DNA from: Chiloscyllium plagiosum
Lineage: Eukaryota
Reading direction: 5' to 3'
Length of the DNA stretch: 64,000 bases
Assembly (NCBI RefSeq): GCF_004010195.1
Contig: NC_057718.1
Span: 8,925,267 to 8,989,266 of the forward strand
Part shown: positions 36,085-48,745 of the stretch, in pieces
Layout of the letters: every line of letters starts with the position of its first letter
Numbering within the stretch: position 1 is the first letter of the stretch
The notes under the pieces: generated by a model
What the model saw: the letters and a program-made list of their open reading frames with translations, nothing else
What the model was told of the DNA's origin: nothing
The model's database searches: none
Position numbers and translations under genes: made by a program

Positions 36085-36425
36085 GGGGACAGTGATAGTG
36101 CAGTGGTATTATCGCCAGAATATTAAACCAGGAACCAATATCATGCTCTTGGATTGAGTGCCATTATGAATTTGAATTCAATTTAAAAATGCAATCTTGG
36201 AATTAAAAATCGTATGATCACCGTGAAGCTATTGTCAATAGTCAGTAAAGAAACAAAACAAACTCAGTAAGATCCTTTAAGGAAGAAAATCTGCTTGTCC
36301 TGGTCCATTCCAGGCCCACAGCTTGATGGTTAGTTCTGAATTAGCCTAACAAGCCATTCAGTCCAACGACAACCAGGGAGCTAGGCTACAAATGATGGTC
36401 CATATCTCATGAATGAATAAGGAAA
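36085..36425 (+). mobile_element. 350-bp tRNA-SINE family, decayed
   Basis: CAGTGGTATTATCGC..AATTTGAATTCAA..AAGGAAGAAAATCTGC..ATGAATGAATAA. Confidence 0.7.
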
Positions 36426-37404
36426 AAATGCCCAGTTTCCTTAGCTCCTAGCAGCCTTTGTTTCTCTGGTCACATGCTCCAGTAAATCTGAACTGTATTT
36501 CCACGGGGATGAACAGAAGGATAAGGGATTGGTTGATTCCAGGAGGCTCTGTGTGCAGTCACTTTGCTGCAGCAAAGCTCAGAGTCAGAAAGTCGAATTC
36601 GAGAGAGCGTCCCCTCAGGCTCCCACATGCACCCCTTCGCCCTCTGGTACCAATTTCTTTTGACCACCTGACTTCTTCCACAGCTCCTCGCAGAGAGTCC
36701 ATTATTGGGTTATTGACCAGTGAAAGGCCAGCAAAGCCAGGGTTGGATTTCCTCTCCCATGTGCAATGTCAACAGGCATGCACTTCCAGCAACCAACACC
36801 GGGTGGTGATCAGGAGAAGGAACCCTGGTCAATGTATTTTTTTAAACAAGTGCCAGTCTGCAGAGGCATTTTGTAATGGGGAATCTGTAAACTGATCAAA
36901 GGATGTGCATTAAAATGTAAAACAACAATAATTAGTTGTTATATGTCACAGTGACTGTTTTCTTAAAGGACAAACTCCAAATCAAAACTTTAATTCAATA
37001 GTTTAAGCATGCAAGATCGCATCAATCACATTAAATGTGTCTTCTGTGCCTGATAGCATCGTGAGGGAGACTGTTGATTTCTGCTTCTCTCCTCGAACAT
37101 GCAAACCCCAAAAAAAATACTTTTGAAAGTCTTTTAGCAACTACCGGTAACCTTTAACTGCACCTCACTCAGGCCTCAACAAGATCAACTTTTGGCTTTG
37201 GTGTCTGAAACAGCAGGATATGCCAAAATAATATTGTTCAGAATGCAGGCACTGATTAGACACAGCCACAGAATTGGCACTGAGTGGCCCTGCTGTTTCA
37301 CCAGGAAAATGAACACAGGGTGACTGACCTCCATCACAAGTAGAGCACCCAGCACCCAGTGGACAGACGTGAAAGACTTGTCATGATCCCAGGAAGTCCT
37401 GCGA

Positions 37405-37680
37405 TGTCATACTTTCTGAAGGGTCAGGTGGGAAACCCAACAGCCAATTTGTGCAGAGGAAGCTCCCACAGATGGCAGTGTGAGAATCCCACAGATGGCA
37501 GTGTGAGAATCACTGGGTCATCTGTGCTTCAGTTACTGGACGGGACAGATATTGGTCTCGACACTGGGGCGACCCTTCACGTCCTCACACTAACACCATA
37601 GGGTCTTTTATCACCTCCCAAGAGAGGAGACTGGGGGCCTGGTTTAACATAACTCGCAACAGACAGACCCTCTGATGGCA
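37405..37680 (-). mobile_element. DeuSINE/SacSINE-like element with internal 23-bp tandem duplication
   Basis: Minus strand GTTAAACCAGGCCCCCAGTC..TAAAAGACCCTATGG..GTGGGAGCTT..CACAAATTGGCTG; TCCCACAGATGGCAGTGTGAGAA twice at 37464-37509. Confidence 0.7.
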
Positions 37681-37874
37681 TTTTTCAATACTCGTTGACC
37701 TTGGTTACATGATCACTATTGTATTGAATTCAAATTTCACAATCTGTCACAGTGGGATCTGATCCCATGACTAAGTACCTCATCCCACAGTCCAGACCCT
37801 CTGATTCACTGACTCCCAATGAGCCTCAAGTGATCCACGTAATGTGACAAAATCTTTACTGTGCTATAGGAGGG

Positions 37875-38160
37875 TGCCTGTAGCGCAGTGGCAGTGTCCC
37901 TACGTTGAGTCAGTTGGCTGGATGGCTGGTTAGCAATGGAGAATGATGCTGTGGGTTCAATTCCTACACCGACTGAGATTACCATGAAGGGCTCTCCCCT
38001 TGCCTGAGGTGTAGTGACCCTCAGATTAAACCCTCACCAGTTGTTTCTCTCAAATGCGAGAGTTTTAGACGATGGTTACTCAACCTTTTATTATATCTCT
38101 GAGCTGGGTTAAACTCCAGAGGTGTGTCATAATATCTCTGAACAGGGTGATGAGAAAATA
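37875..38160 (+). mobile_element. Short tRNA-SINE interrupted by a second SINE (37905-38075)
   Basis: GCGCAGTGGCAGTGTCCCTAC | insert related to 15190-15362 | CTCTGAGC..CCAGAGGTGTGTCATAATATCTCTGAACAGG. Confidence 0.7.
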
Positions 38161-38399
38161 TTTTGCTGCCCTGAAAGGCAGGCCAAGGGGTAACAAGGGG
38201 ATGCAACACCCTGGTAAGGCATATTCCCTTCAGAGCACAGCTGTGCGCAACCTTACAGACAAGGGAATCAGGTGTCAAGGTGAAAACAAGTGTCTAAAAT
38301 AGCAACACACTCCAATCCGCGTCACCAGCAAGGCACTGAGATGGTGTGAGCACAGCATGGACCTGTAAAACAGCAACTGCTGTCAACCTTTTATATAAT

Positions 38400-38642
38400 T
38401 AATTTTGTGGGACGTGAGTGTCACTGGCTGGGCCCAGCATTTATTGCCCATCCCTAGTTGTCCCTTGAAAAGGTGGGGGTGAGCTGCCATCTTGAACCGC
38501 TGCAGTCCACCTGCTGTGTGTTGGCCCACAATGCCCTTAGCAAGGGAATTCCAGGATTTTGACCCAGCGACAGTGAAGGAACGGTGATATATTTCCAAGT
38601 GAGGATGGTGAGTGGCTCAGAGGGGAAAACGCAGGTGGTGGT
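38400..38642 (-). mobile_element. 3' end of the second CR1/L2-group LINE
   Basis: SFTVAGSKSWNSL..GLQRFKMAAHPHL; GGGATGGGCAATAAATGCTGGGCCCAGCCAG tail. Confidence 0.85.
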
Positions 38643-39119
38643 TAAACCTGGAGAGGAAATAGAAACCCTTTGCCATGTGGGGGGAATTAATGGGGTAATA
38701 TTCACTAAGGTGCTGGCCTGAGTGGAGCTGCAGTTGCACGTCATTGAAACTGATGGCAAAGCTGAGACTCCATTGGATCACTCAGCCATGAGTGAGGAAG
38801 AGCAAGAAGTTCCTATGTGATTAGGGTTTGTTCCTGGAAAGGAGTGGAAGGAGGCAGAGGGAGTGATGGTGGGCACTTGTGGAGAGGCAGAGAATTTGTC
38901 TGTGACTATGGGATTGTGTTTGAGCAGCAAATATGGTGTGCTGTGAAAGCTCACCAGCTACTTCAGAATGGAATGGGTGGACCATCATCGGCAGGCTATT
39001 TGTCAGTCTTAAACCACAGGGAAACCACCATCCAATGGAGGGGCACAGCAGGTGGCACACTGGCAACCTCAATCCCCTCATTCCAGTCAGGCAATGCCCA
39101 CTGCTCCTGCAGCTGCATG

Positions 39120-40280
39120 CACAGGCACACACATACACACACTCATACACACACACTCTCACACACACATACTCACGTACACACACTCATACACACACTC
39201 TCTCATACACACACACTCATACACACACACACACATACACACACTCTCACACACNNNNNNNNNNNNNNNNNNNNNNNNNNNNNNNNNNNNNNNNNNNNNN
39301 NNNNNNNNNNNNNNNNNNNNNNNNNNNNNNNNNNNNNNNNNNNNNNNNNNNNNNNNNNNNNNNNNNNNNNNNNNNNNNNNNNNNNNNNNNNNNNNNNNNN
39401 NNNNNNNNNNNNNNNNNNNNNNNNNNNNNNNNNNNNNNNNNNNNNNNNNNNNNNNNNNNNNNNNNNNNNNNNNNNNNNNNNNNNNNNNNNNNNNNNNNNN
39501 NNNNNNNNNNNNNNNNNNNNNNNNNNNNNNNNNNNNNNNNNNNNNNNNNNNNNNNNNNNNNNNNNNNNNNNNNNNNNNNNNNNNNNNNNNNNNNNNNNNN
39601 NNNNNNNNNNNNNNNNNNNNNNNNNNNNNNNNNNNNNNNNNNNNNNNNNNNNNNNNNNNNNNNNNNNNNNNNNNNNNNNNNNNNNNNNNNNNNNNNNNNN
39701 NNNNNNNNNNNNNNNNNNNNNNNNNNNNNNNNNNNNNNNNNNNNNNNNNNNNNNNNNNNNNNNNNNNNNNNNNNNNNNNNNNNNNNNNNNNNNNNNNNNN
39801 NNNNNNNNNNNNNNNNNNNNNNNNNNNNNNNNNNNNNNNNNNNNNNNCACACACACTCATACACACACACACTCATGCACACACACACTCATACACACAC
39901 ATTCATATACACACACACACTCATGCACACACACTCTCACACTCACACACACCATACACAAACTCTCACTCACACACTCATGTGCACGCACACACTCATA
40001 CACGCACACTCTCTCACATGCACACATAGACAGTCATATACACACACATACTCACATTCATACACACACCGTACAAACGCACACATACTCATACACACAC
40101 TCATTCATACACTCTCACTCACGCACTCATGCACACACACTCTTATACACACACTCACACACTCATACAAACACACACACACACACACTCATACAAACAC
40201 ACACACACACTCAGACATACACACACACTCATACATACACTCTCACTCACACACTCATGTGTGCGCACACACACACACAT
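39120..40280. repeat. Long degenerate (CA)n/(CATA/CACT) array containing an N gap (39255-39847)
   Basis: Visible repeat and N run. Confidence 0.97.
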
Positions 40281-40299
40281 TTATCCGCTGATGGAAGAT

Positions 40300-40790
40300 C
40301 ATCATAGAATCCCGACAGTGTTGAAGCAGGCCATTCGGCCCATCGGGTCCACCCAGACCCACTCTATCCTTGTAACCCTGCATTCCCCGTGGCTAACCCA
40401 CCTACTCTGCACATCCCTGGACACTATGGGCAATTTAGCATGGCCAATTGACCTAACCTACATATCTTTGAACGATGTGAGGAATTTGAAGGAAACCCAC
40501 ACAGTCACAGGGAAGAATGTGCAAACACCACACAGACAGTCAGAGAGTCATAGAGTCATAGAGCTATATGGACCCTTCAGTCCAACTCTTCCATGCCAAC
40601 CAGATATCTGAAATTAATCTGGTCCCATTTGCCATCACTTGGCCCATATCCCTCTAAACTGTCCCTATTCATATACACATCCAGATGCCTTTTAAATGTT
40701 GTAATTTTACAAGCCTCCACCACTTCGATGGAATCAAACCTGTGTCCCTGGCACTGTGAGGCAGCAATGCTAACCACTGAGCTGCTGTGC
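40300..40790 (-). mobile_element. HE1-type SINE interrupted by a CR1 3' tail (40545-40725)
   Basis: HE1 V-domain breaks at CAGACAGTC, then (GAGTCATA)n CR1 tail, then GGAATCAAACC..GCTAACCACTGAGC resumes. Confidence 0.85.
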
Positions 40791-41064
40791 CTCCTCAGGG
40801 TCAATGCGGGGTACTCAGAGGGATAGGCTGGTAATGCCACACACATTCTTCACATCCTGCAGTGTAAGAGAATAAAGGCACACCTGCTGGCATGGAGAGT
40901 ATAGTTCCAGGGCAAAGGGCTGTGCTGGAGAAAATAGGAGTAGTAGATAGGACAGGGTTGGGGTAATCCCTCCCTTCAGCCTTCATGTATCTTTCTGCTT
41001 CTCTCGTCTTTCATTTCAGTTAGACTGGGACTTTATCCCCAGACCACTGGACGCTGAGGAGTGA

Positions 41065-41405
41065 TCCTATGGATAAAGTGAGGAAGTAAGGTCTTTTCCC
41101 CAGGATGGGGGAGTCCAGAGCTAAAGGGCATTGGCTAAAATGAGGGGGAAAGGTCGAAATGCAGCCTGGGGGCAACCTTTTCACACAGAGGATGGTGCGT
41201 GTACGGAATGAGCTGCCAGATGAAGTGGTGGAGGTGGAGACAATTACAACATTTAAAAGGCATCTGCATAGGTACATGGTTAGGAAGCGTTTAGAGGGAT
41301 ATGGACTAAACGGAGGCCAACGGGAGTCGTTTATTTTAGGAAGCTTTGTCAGTTTGGTTGAGTTGGATTGAAGAGTGTTTCCGTGCTGTATGACTCTGTG
41401 GCTCT
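41065..41405 (+). mobile_element. CR1 3' fragment
   Basis: GNLFTQRMVRVRNELPDEVVEVETITTFKRHL. Confidence 0.88.
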
Positions 41406-41484
41406 TTGCCCCTTTTCATTCCACATTATCTTATTCCCGCAAACTCTGCTCCTGATCTTCCCACTCTGTTCCTGAGCTGACTCG

Positions 41485-41895
41485 GGTCAGTATGGTGAGT
41501 GGTTTGGAGGGAAACTTGCCGTTAGTGATGTCACCATGTACCTGCTGCCTTTGTGCTTCCGGGTCACAGTAGTTGCGAGTTTGGAAGGTGCTGTCAAAGG
41601 AACTTGGAGAGTAGCTACAATGCATCTTGTAGATGGCACACACTGCTTCTACTGAGCATCGGTGGTGGAGGGAGTGAATGGTTGTGGATGTGGTACCAAT
41701 CAAGCATGCTGCTTTGTCCTGGATGGTATGAAGCTTCTTGAGTGTTGTTGGGGGTCTGCACCCATCCAGGCAAGTGGGGAGCATTCCATCACACTCCTGA
41801 CTTGTGTCTTGTAGATGGCTTTGGGGAGTCAGGAGGTAGGTTACTCACTGCAGAATTCCCAACCTCTTACCTGCTCTTGGGAGTCACAGTTTTTT
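41485..41895 (-). mobile_element. Second CR1/L2-group LINE, ORF2 C-terminal fragment
   Basis: TTLKKLHTIQDKAACLIG..IHSLHHRCSV.AVCAIYKMHCS..KFPSKPLTILT. Confidence 0.85.
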
Positions 41896-42429
41896 ATAGG
41901 ACTGGTGCATTTAAGACATCGCCACCACTGTTAGCTGATACACCAGGTTGCCATGATATCTCCCTTCTATTTATTTAGAGAACAGCCTTTTTGACAAGGC
42001 AAGTTTCATACATGGTCTCTACACCCAAACCCATGTCACAGAAGGAGTTATCAAGTAATGGGATACATTGGTCAAGCAAATGATTTGTTTTCACATCAAA
42101 CAGTCTGTCCTCCAACTTTGACTGTGCCTCCCAGGACCTCCAGTAGTTTCAGCTTCAGGTCTACGTACTGAAATATTGTGTCCCATTCTGGGCACCGTAC
42201 AATTGGAATGATGTGAAAACTTTCGAGAAAGTGCAGAAAGGATTAATGAGAATATCGCTGAAGATGAAAGACTATAGTTAGATGCAGAATTGAGAAGATG
42301 GGACAGTTCTCCTCAGAAACATGAAGGCTGCAGAGAGAGCTGACAGAATGTTTAAACCCATGGTGGGGGGTGGGGGGGGGGGGGGTGCGGTGCAGGATAA
42401 ATTAAATAGAAATAACTCGTTCACATTTG

Positions 42430-43390
42430 ATATGATTTGATTTGTTACTGTCACATGTACCGAGATACAGTGAAAGCATTGTTTTGCATGCTAACCAGAC
42501 AAATCATATCTTACATAAGTGCATCTGGGTAACAGAACAGAATACAGAAATAGTGTTACAGCTACAGAGAAGATGCAGAGAGAGATCAATTCGGATATAT
42601 GAGAGGTCTGTTCATAAAGTCTGATAACAGCGGGGAAGAAGCTGTTCTTGAATCTGTTGGTACGAATTTTCAAACTTTTGTATCTTCTGTCCAATGGAAG
42701 AGTTTAGAAGAGAGTATAACCGGGATGGGAGGGGTCATGATGATGTTGGCTGCTTTCCCAAGGCAGCAGAAAGTGTAGACGGAATCAATGGATGGAAGGC
42801 TGGTTTGCGTGAATGACTGGGCTGTGTTCATGACTCTGTAGTTTCTTGTGATCTGGGACAGAACAGTTGAAGCATCTGGATAGGATGCTTTCTATGGTGC
42901 ATCAATAAAAATTGGTAAGAGTTACTGTGAACAGCTTAAATTTCCTTATCCTCCTGAGGAAGTAGAGACAATGATATGCTTACTTGACTGTGGTGTCGAC
43001 ATGGATGGACCAGGACAGATTGTTGTTGACATTTACTCCTAAGGCCTTGAAGCTCTCAACCACCTCCACCTCAGGACCACTGATACAGACAAGGGGCGTG
43101 TTCTCCACTCCACTTCCTGAAGTCAATGACCAGCTCCTCCATTTTGCTGACATTGAGGGAGAGATTGTTGTATTTACACCAGGCCACTAAGCTGCCTATC
43201 TCTTTCCTGTGCTTTGTCTCATCATTGTTTGAGATCTGACCCACCTACAGTGGTGTCATCAGCAAACTTGTAAATGGAGTTAGAGCTGAATTTGGCCGCA
43301 CAGTCATGAGTGTGTAAGGAGTACAATATGGAGCTGAGTACGCAGCCTTGGGAGCACCGGTGTTGAGGATTATCGTGGAGGAGGTGTCGG
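42430..43390 (-). mobile_element. Rex1/Babar LINE fragment inserted within an old CR1 (42160-42420, 43400-43710)
   Basis: NTGAP/QGCVLSSILYSLHTHDC..IYKFADDTTVGG; RRYKSLKIRTNRFKNSFFPAVIRL. Confidence 0.92.
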
Positions 43391-43466
43391 TGCTGAGAAC
43401 CAGAGAACACCAATTCATGGCAACTGTCAAAGAACCAGAAGTTTCTTGAGGGAAAACATTTTAACG

Positions 43467-43565
43467 CAGTCAGTGAGTCAGTGAGTCAGTGAGTCAGTCA
43501 GTCAGTCAGTGAGTCAGTCAGTCAGTGAGTCAGTCAGTCAGTGAGTCAGTCAGTCAGTCAGTCAG
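43467..43565. repeat. (GTCA/GTGA)n tetranucleotide repeat
   Basis: Visible tandem array. Confidence 0.97.
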
Positions 43566-43744
43566 AATCTGGAAAGGGTTGCCCTGGACAATGGTGGAGG
43601 CAAAGTTGATTCAGGCTTTCAAAAAGGAATTGGACAATTATCTGAAAAAGTAAGCTTTGTAGAACTACAGAGAAAAAGGCAAACATTGAGTTGCTCTTCT
43701 AGACAGGCCTGGCGTGAAGATGATGCCTCCCCAGCAGGGCAGAT

Positions 43745-44075
43745 ATTGACGTAATGCTATTATCTCTGGACTATTAATGCAGAGACCAAGGAAATGTTAT
43801 GGGAACTTGGGTTCAAATCTCACCACAGTTGATAGCGAAGTTGAATTCAGTAAAATGAATTCTGAAATTAAGAGTTTAACGATGACCATGAAGCTATTGT
43901 CGCAGATTGAGGATAAAACCCATCTGGTTCACTGATGTCTTTCAGGTAAGGAAACTGCCTCCACATGGCTCCTGACCCATAGCAATGGGACTGACTCTCA
44001 ACTGCCCTCTGGGCAATTCAGGATGGGCAATAAATGCTGGCCCAGCCAACGACACCCACATCCCATGAAAGAATA
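43745..44075 (+). mobile_element. 350-bp tRNA-SINE family
   Basis: GGACTATTAAT..GGTTCAAATC..AAAACCCATCTGGTTCACTGATG..GGATGGGCAATAAATGCTGGCC. Confidence 0.85.
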
Positions 44076-44239
44076 ATAAAGAAAAGATGGGCTGATTGGC
44101 CTCCTTCTGTGTTGTAGTCTGGTGGATCGTGAGGCCTAGGCATTTGGGATATTTGCAGGAGGTTTGTAATCCAGAGTAGATCCGACTGTGAAAGGTTGTC
44201 CTCTCTTCCACCTCCCTACATTACACAGTTTCAAAAAAA

Positions 44240-45120
44240 GAAGCCTCCCATTTACGACAGAGATGAGGAGAACTTATTTCTCTCAGAGGATCATGAGTCT
44301 TCGGAAGTCTGTTCCTCAGAGTGCGGTGGATGCTGGTCATCGAATAATTTTGAGGGTGAGGGTAGGTACATTTTAGACAAACAAAGGAGGCATGGACAGG
44401 CAGGAAAGTGCAGTGTAGGCCGCAAACATATCAGCCACCATCTTATTGACTGGTGTATCAGAGTGGAGGGTCGAATGTTTTAATTCATACGCTCCCGTTC
44501 TCCTTCACCCACCCCCTTCCCTCAATGGTATCTCAAACCCAACCTCATGGCTGGGGCCACTTCTCTCGGTGTCCGGCTCCAGTGGTGATCCCAGGATTGG
44601 CCCCAGCTATCCGTGTTCCCGGGAGGGCAAGCTGACATCTCCAAGGCAACGACCCTCCCCCACCACCACCACCCCTATTGCCCGCCTCCACTCCCTTCCT
44701 GTAAAATTCAGAAGCAGTTGGGGAGACATCAGGTAGGCCACAAGCCAAGTCATACAAGGCCCACTCCCCTTACTCCCCCCCCTCCCCCGGCCTCCAGCCC
44801 CACCACGACAGCAGCAAGAGAGTGAAAACAGCATTGCACATCCGTCCTGGGACCTCCATGTGGGGAAATTCTCAACGACAGGTCGCATAGTTTTAGGATG
44901 AAGGGTGGTAGATTTAAAACAGCGGTGGGGAGAAATGATTTCTCTCAACCTGGATTCAACGCTGAAGCGTTGAGTAAATTGAAGAAGATAGACAGATTCT
45001 TAATTAGTAACGGGTTAAAAGTTATGGAGAACGGGCAGGAGAGTGGAATGAGGCCGAGATGAGAGCAGCCATTAAATGGAGGAACAGACTTGAGGGGCTG
45101 AAGGGCCTACTCCTGCTCCT
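44240..45120 (+). mobile_element. Two CR1 3' fragments (44240-44480, 44885-45120)
   Basis: EMRRTYFSQRI..PQSAVDAG; TTGAGGGGCTGAAGGGCCTACTCCTGCTCCT tail. Confidence 0.7.
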
Positions 45121-45494
45121 GGTTGGGGACACGTTGGTCGAGCTGCCTTGCGAAGGAGACAATGAAAAGTAGGATTTAAACAATGTTTGAAAATAATGAA
45201 ACGAAGAAACTAATAAAATAGCTTCCGCCAGAACACTGACCTCTTTTGACTTCTGCAGATGGCAGTGTTTGTTGCTCATCTTGGGACATGACATTGAACG
45301 TTTAGGTGTGACGGCTCTCAGACCATAGAGAGGAGCCTGCTTTTGCTTCCTGGAACAACATTATAGAAGCAGTTGGGATTCTTTCAAAAAAATTCAGCAG
45401 TTTTCAAGAATATTTTTTACGATGCATTCCCAAGGGTGGCCATTGCAAATGAACTCAGCTCCACAGTTTGTAATGGCAGAGCTACAATCATGAT

Positions 45495-46005
45495 TCACAG
45501 GATGAGGGCATCACTGATCAGGCCCAGCATTTGCTGCCCATCCCTAGTTGCCCAGAGGGCAGTTAAGAGTCAACCGCATTGCTGTGGGTCTGGAGTTACG
45601 TGGAGGCCAGACCAGGTAAGGGTGGCAGTTTCCTTCCCTAAAGGACATTAGTGAACCGGATGGATTTTTCCCGCAGCGACCCACAATAGATTCATCGTAA
45701 ATAAAAACCGAAAGAACTGCAGATGCAGGAAATCAGAAACAAAATCAGAGATTGCTGGAAAGCTTCAGCAGGTCTGTGGAGGGAAATCAGGAGTTAATAT
45801 TTTGGGTTCGGTGATCCTTCCTTAGAACTTTCCAGAAATTTCTATTACTAATGGTTTCATGGTCATCATTAAACTCCTAATTCCAGACTTTTATTGAATT
45901 CAAATTCCACCAGCTGCCGTGACAGGATTTAAACTCAGGTCCCCAGAGCATTATTAGGGTCTTTGGATTAATAGTCTATCAATAATACCACTAGGCTATT
46001 GTTTT
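45495..46005 (-). mobile_element. 350-bp tRNA-SINE with a nested PLE family D tail (45700-45830)
   Basis: SINE body on both sides; nested minus-strand AGTT-CTAAGGA-AGGATCACCGAACCC-AAAA-TATT-AACT degenerate hammerhead. Confidence 0.8.
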
Positions 46006-46289
46006 TCCTCAAAGGACCCCCTTGTGTGGGATCCTAACTTTCATTTCCCCCTCTTCACAGCTTATGTAGGATGTGCAGGTCAGGTGAATTGTCCATAGTT
46101 GTTAGGTGCATTAGTCAGAGGGCGGGTGGGTCATTTTTTACTCACTCGTGAGATGTGGATTTTCCAGCAGAGCCAGCATTTATTATCCATCATTCAATGG
46201 GATCAGGGCTGATCTGATCACTCTAGTTGCTCTTGCGAAGGTGATGGTGTTTTGTTTACCTCAGAACAGCATGACCAGTATAGTAGATC

Positions 46290-46670
46290 ATAAGACCATA
46301 AGACATTGGAACAGAAATTAGGCCATTCAGCCCATTGAGTCTGCTCCACCAGTCAACCATGGCTGAGAAGTTTCTCAACCCCCTTCTCCTCGTACCCCTT
46401 AATCCTTTGATACTCAGGAACCTGTCAATCTCTTTCTTAAATATACTGAAGGACCTGTCTTCCAAAGCCTCCTGTGACAATGAATTACATAAGTTCACTA
46501 CTCTCTGGCTAAAGAAGTTTCTCCTTAACTCCGTTCTGAAAGGTCCTCTCTTTACTCTAAGGCTGTGCCCTCGGGTCTTCATCTCTGTTACCAATGGAAA
46601 CATCTTCCCAGATCTACTCTGTCCAGGCCATTCAGTATTCTGTAAGTTTCAATGAGATCCCCCCCTTATC
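46290..46670 (-). mobile_element. CR1 3' fragment
   Basis: MFPLVTEMKTRGHSLRVKRGPFRTELRRNFFSQRVVNL. Confidence 0.9.
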
Positions 46671-47744
46671 CCTCTAAAATATTCATTTCCAAGTGTTTCT
46701 GTTTTTTTTTAATGTTCTTCTTTTCCCTCTGGGTTTCTCTGTGTTTAGCATGTTTTATCTACTGTGTTTCAAAATGTCTGGTCCATCCATCTGGCTTTAA
46801 GCTCTTTCTACAATTGCTTTGTCTGGACTCCACATCCAGGCATAGCTAATGCACATTAATGGTAAACAGACTCACAAAAGTAAATGCCAAAAAAGTGGAC
46901 GTCATCCTCTCTTTAACCATGATTCACTTTTATGCCCGTGGCTGCCCCCTAGGGACTATCTGGTGGTCCCACACTGCCCAAACTTCACTTGCCGCCAATG
47001 GAATGTGGGAAACGTGACAGAATTTGTGCACAGAAAGGTTCCATAAACCGTGCCTTACAGTAACTATTGACAACAACGCATGGTCTTCGAAATAGTACCA
47101 GCCGGGACGGTCTCCGTTTATCCTCTCAGCTTATAGGTGGTGCCTCTGACAATCCAGCACTCCATCACCAGTGCACTGAGACATTAGGCATCCAAGGGCT
47201 TGAAACAGATGGAAATCTAGAGACCTCTGACTACAAGGTTAATGCAACTGAGTCACCGTTTAACCGACACCGAAAGAATGTGGAGTGGGTAGGGGGACAG
47301 CGAAAAGCCAGGAAAAATCACAAATTATATCTGTGAACATATTTGCAGTAAGTGGAAACTTAATAAAATGGAGATTCAGCTTGTATAATCCACTGGTGTA
47401 ACACTGAGCAGGGAATTGCAGAAAATCAAAATGGCTCTTATTTTTCTGGGTTAAATATAAAACAAAACAAAACATAAACTTTCGAACTCTTTGAGGAGAT
47501 TAAATCCAAGAGGTTGTTTATTTATATAACATGAGTCATTAAATGTAGAGATTTGTTTATTTATGTAACTGTGGAATACAAGGCGAATAATTTTCCTTTT
47601 AATTGTGGGTTTGGCTCTGCACATCTCATAGAGCACTGGTATATAACCCCCCCTTGCCAAAATGTAATACTTCACTCTGAACACCATTTGGTAATTGTTT
47701 GCCGGTTCTCCAACATTGTTGATGCCTTATGAATCCCTTCAATT

Positions 47745-48745
47745 CCAATAAGACATAGGAGTAGAAATAGGCCATTCAGCCCATCAAGTCTGCTCTACCA
47801 TTCAATGAGATAATGGCTGATCTGATCATCCTCAGCTCTAATTTCCAGCATCTCCCTTTAACCATTGATTATTTTACTGATTAAAAATCTAACTCAGCCT
47901 TGAATAACTTAATACTGCAGCATCGTCACCCCTCAGTGATAAGGAATTTGACAGATTCTCAGCCTCTGAGAGAAGTAAGTTTGCAGGTAACACCAAAATT
48001 GGGGGTGCATTGAACAATGAAGAAAGTTACATCAGAGTACAACAAGACCTTGATGGGTCGATGGCTGAGGAGTGGCAGATGGAGTTTTAATTAGAAAAAT
48101 GTGAGGTGTTGCGTTTTGGAAAGGCAACCCAGGACAGGACTTATACACTTAATGATAAGGTCCTGGGGAGTGTTGCTGAACAGAGACCTTGGAGTGTAGG
48201 TTAATCGTTTCTTGAATGTGCAGTCGCAGGTAGATAGGATAATGAAGAAGGTGTTTGGCATGCTTGCCTTTATTAATTGAGTATAGGAGTTGGGAGGTCA
48301 TGTTCCAGCTGTACAGGACATTGGTTCGACCACGTTTGGACTACTGCATTCAGTTCTAGTCTCCCTGCTATAGGAAAGATGTTGTGAAACTTGAAAGCGT
48401 TCAGAAAAGATTTACAAGGATGTTACCAGAGTTGGAGGGTTTGAGCTATAGGGAGAGGCTGAATAGGCTGGGGCTGTTTTCCCTGGAACCTCAGAGACTG
48501 AGGGGTGACCTTATAGAGGTTTATAAAATCATGAGGGGCATGGATAAGGCAAATAGACAAGACCTTTTGCCTGGGGTGGGGGAGTCCTGAACTAGAGATT
48601 TAAGGTGAGAGGGGAAAGATTTAAAAGGGTTCTAAAGGGAAATTTTTTCAAGCAGAGGGTGGTGTGTGTATGGAATGAGCTGCCAGAAGAAGTGGTGGTG
48701 GCTGGTACAATTACAGCATTTAAAAAATGTCTGGATTGGTACATG
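47745..48745. mobile_element. Adjacent CR1 fragments: minus-strand tail (47745-47975) and plus-strand RT end (47976-48745)
   Basis: KLESVQKRFTRMLPELEGLSYRERLNRLGLFSLE; RGERFKRVLKGNFFKQRVV. Confidence 0.9.

Noticed and set aside
36458..36895. 145-aa ORF with a good acceptor near 36682
   Set aside because: No recognisable homology and no clear donor; treated as non-coding unique sequence
38817..40611. Long ORFs up to 496 aa rich in H/T or C/V
   Set aside because: Read-through of (CA)n repeats and an N gap; not coding evidence
42361..42390. G-run as a functional G-quadruplex
   Set aside because: Homopolymer expansion inside a decayed CR1; no evidence of function
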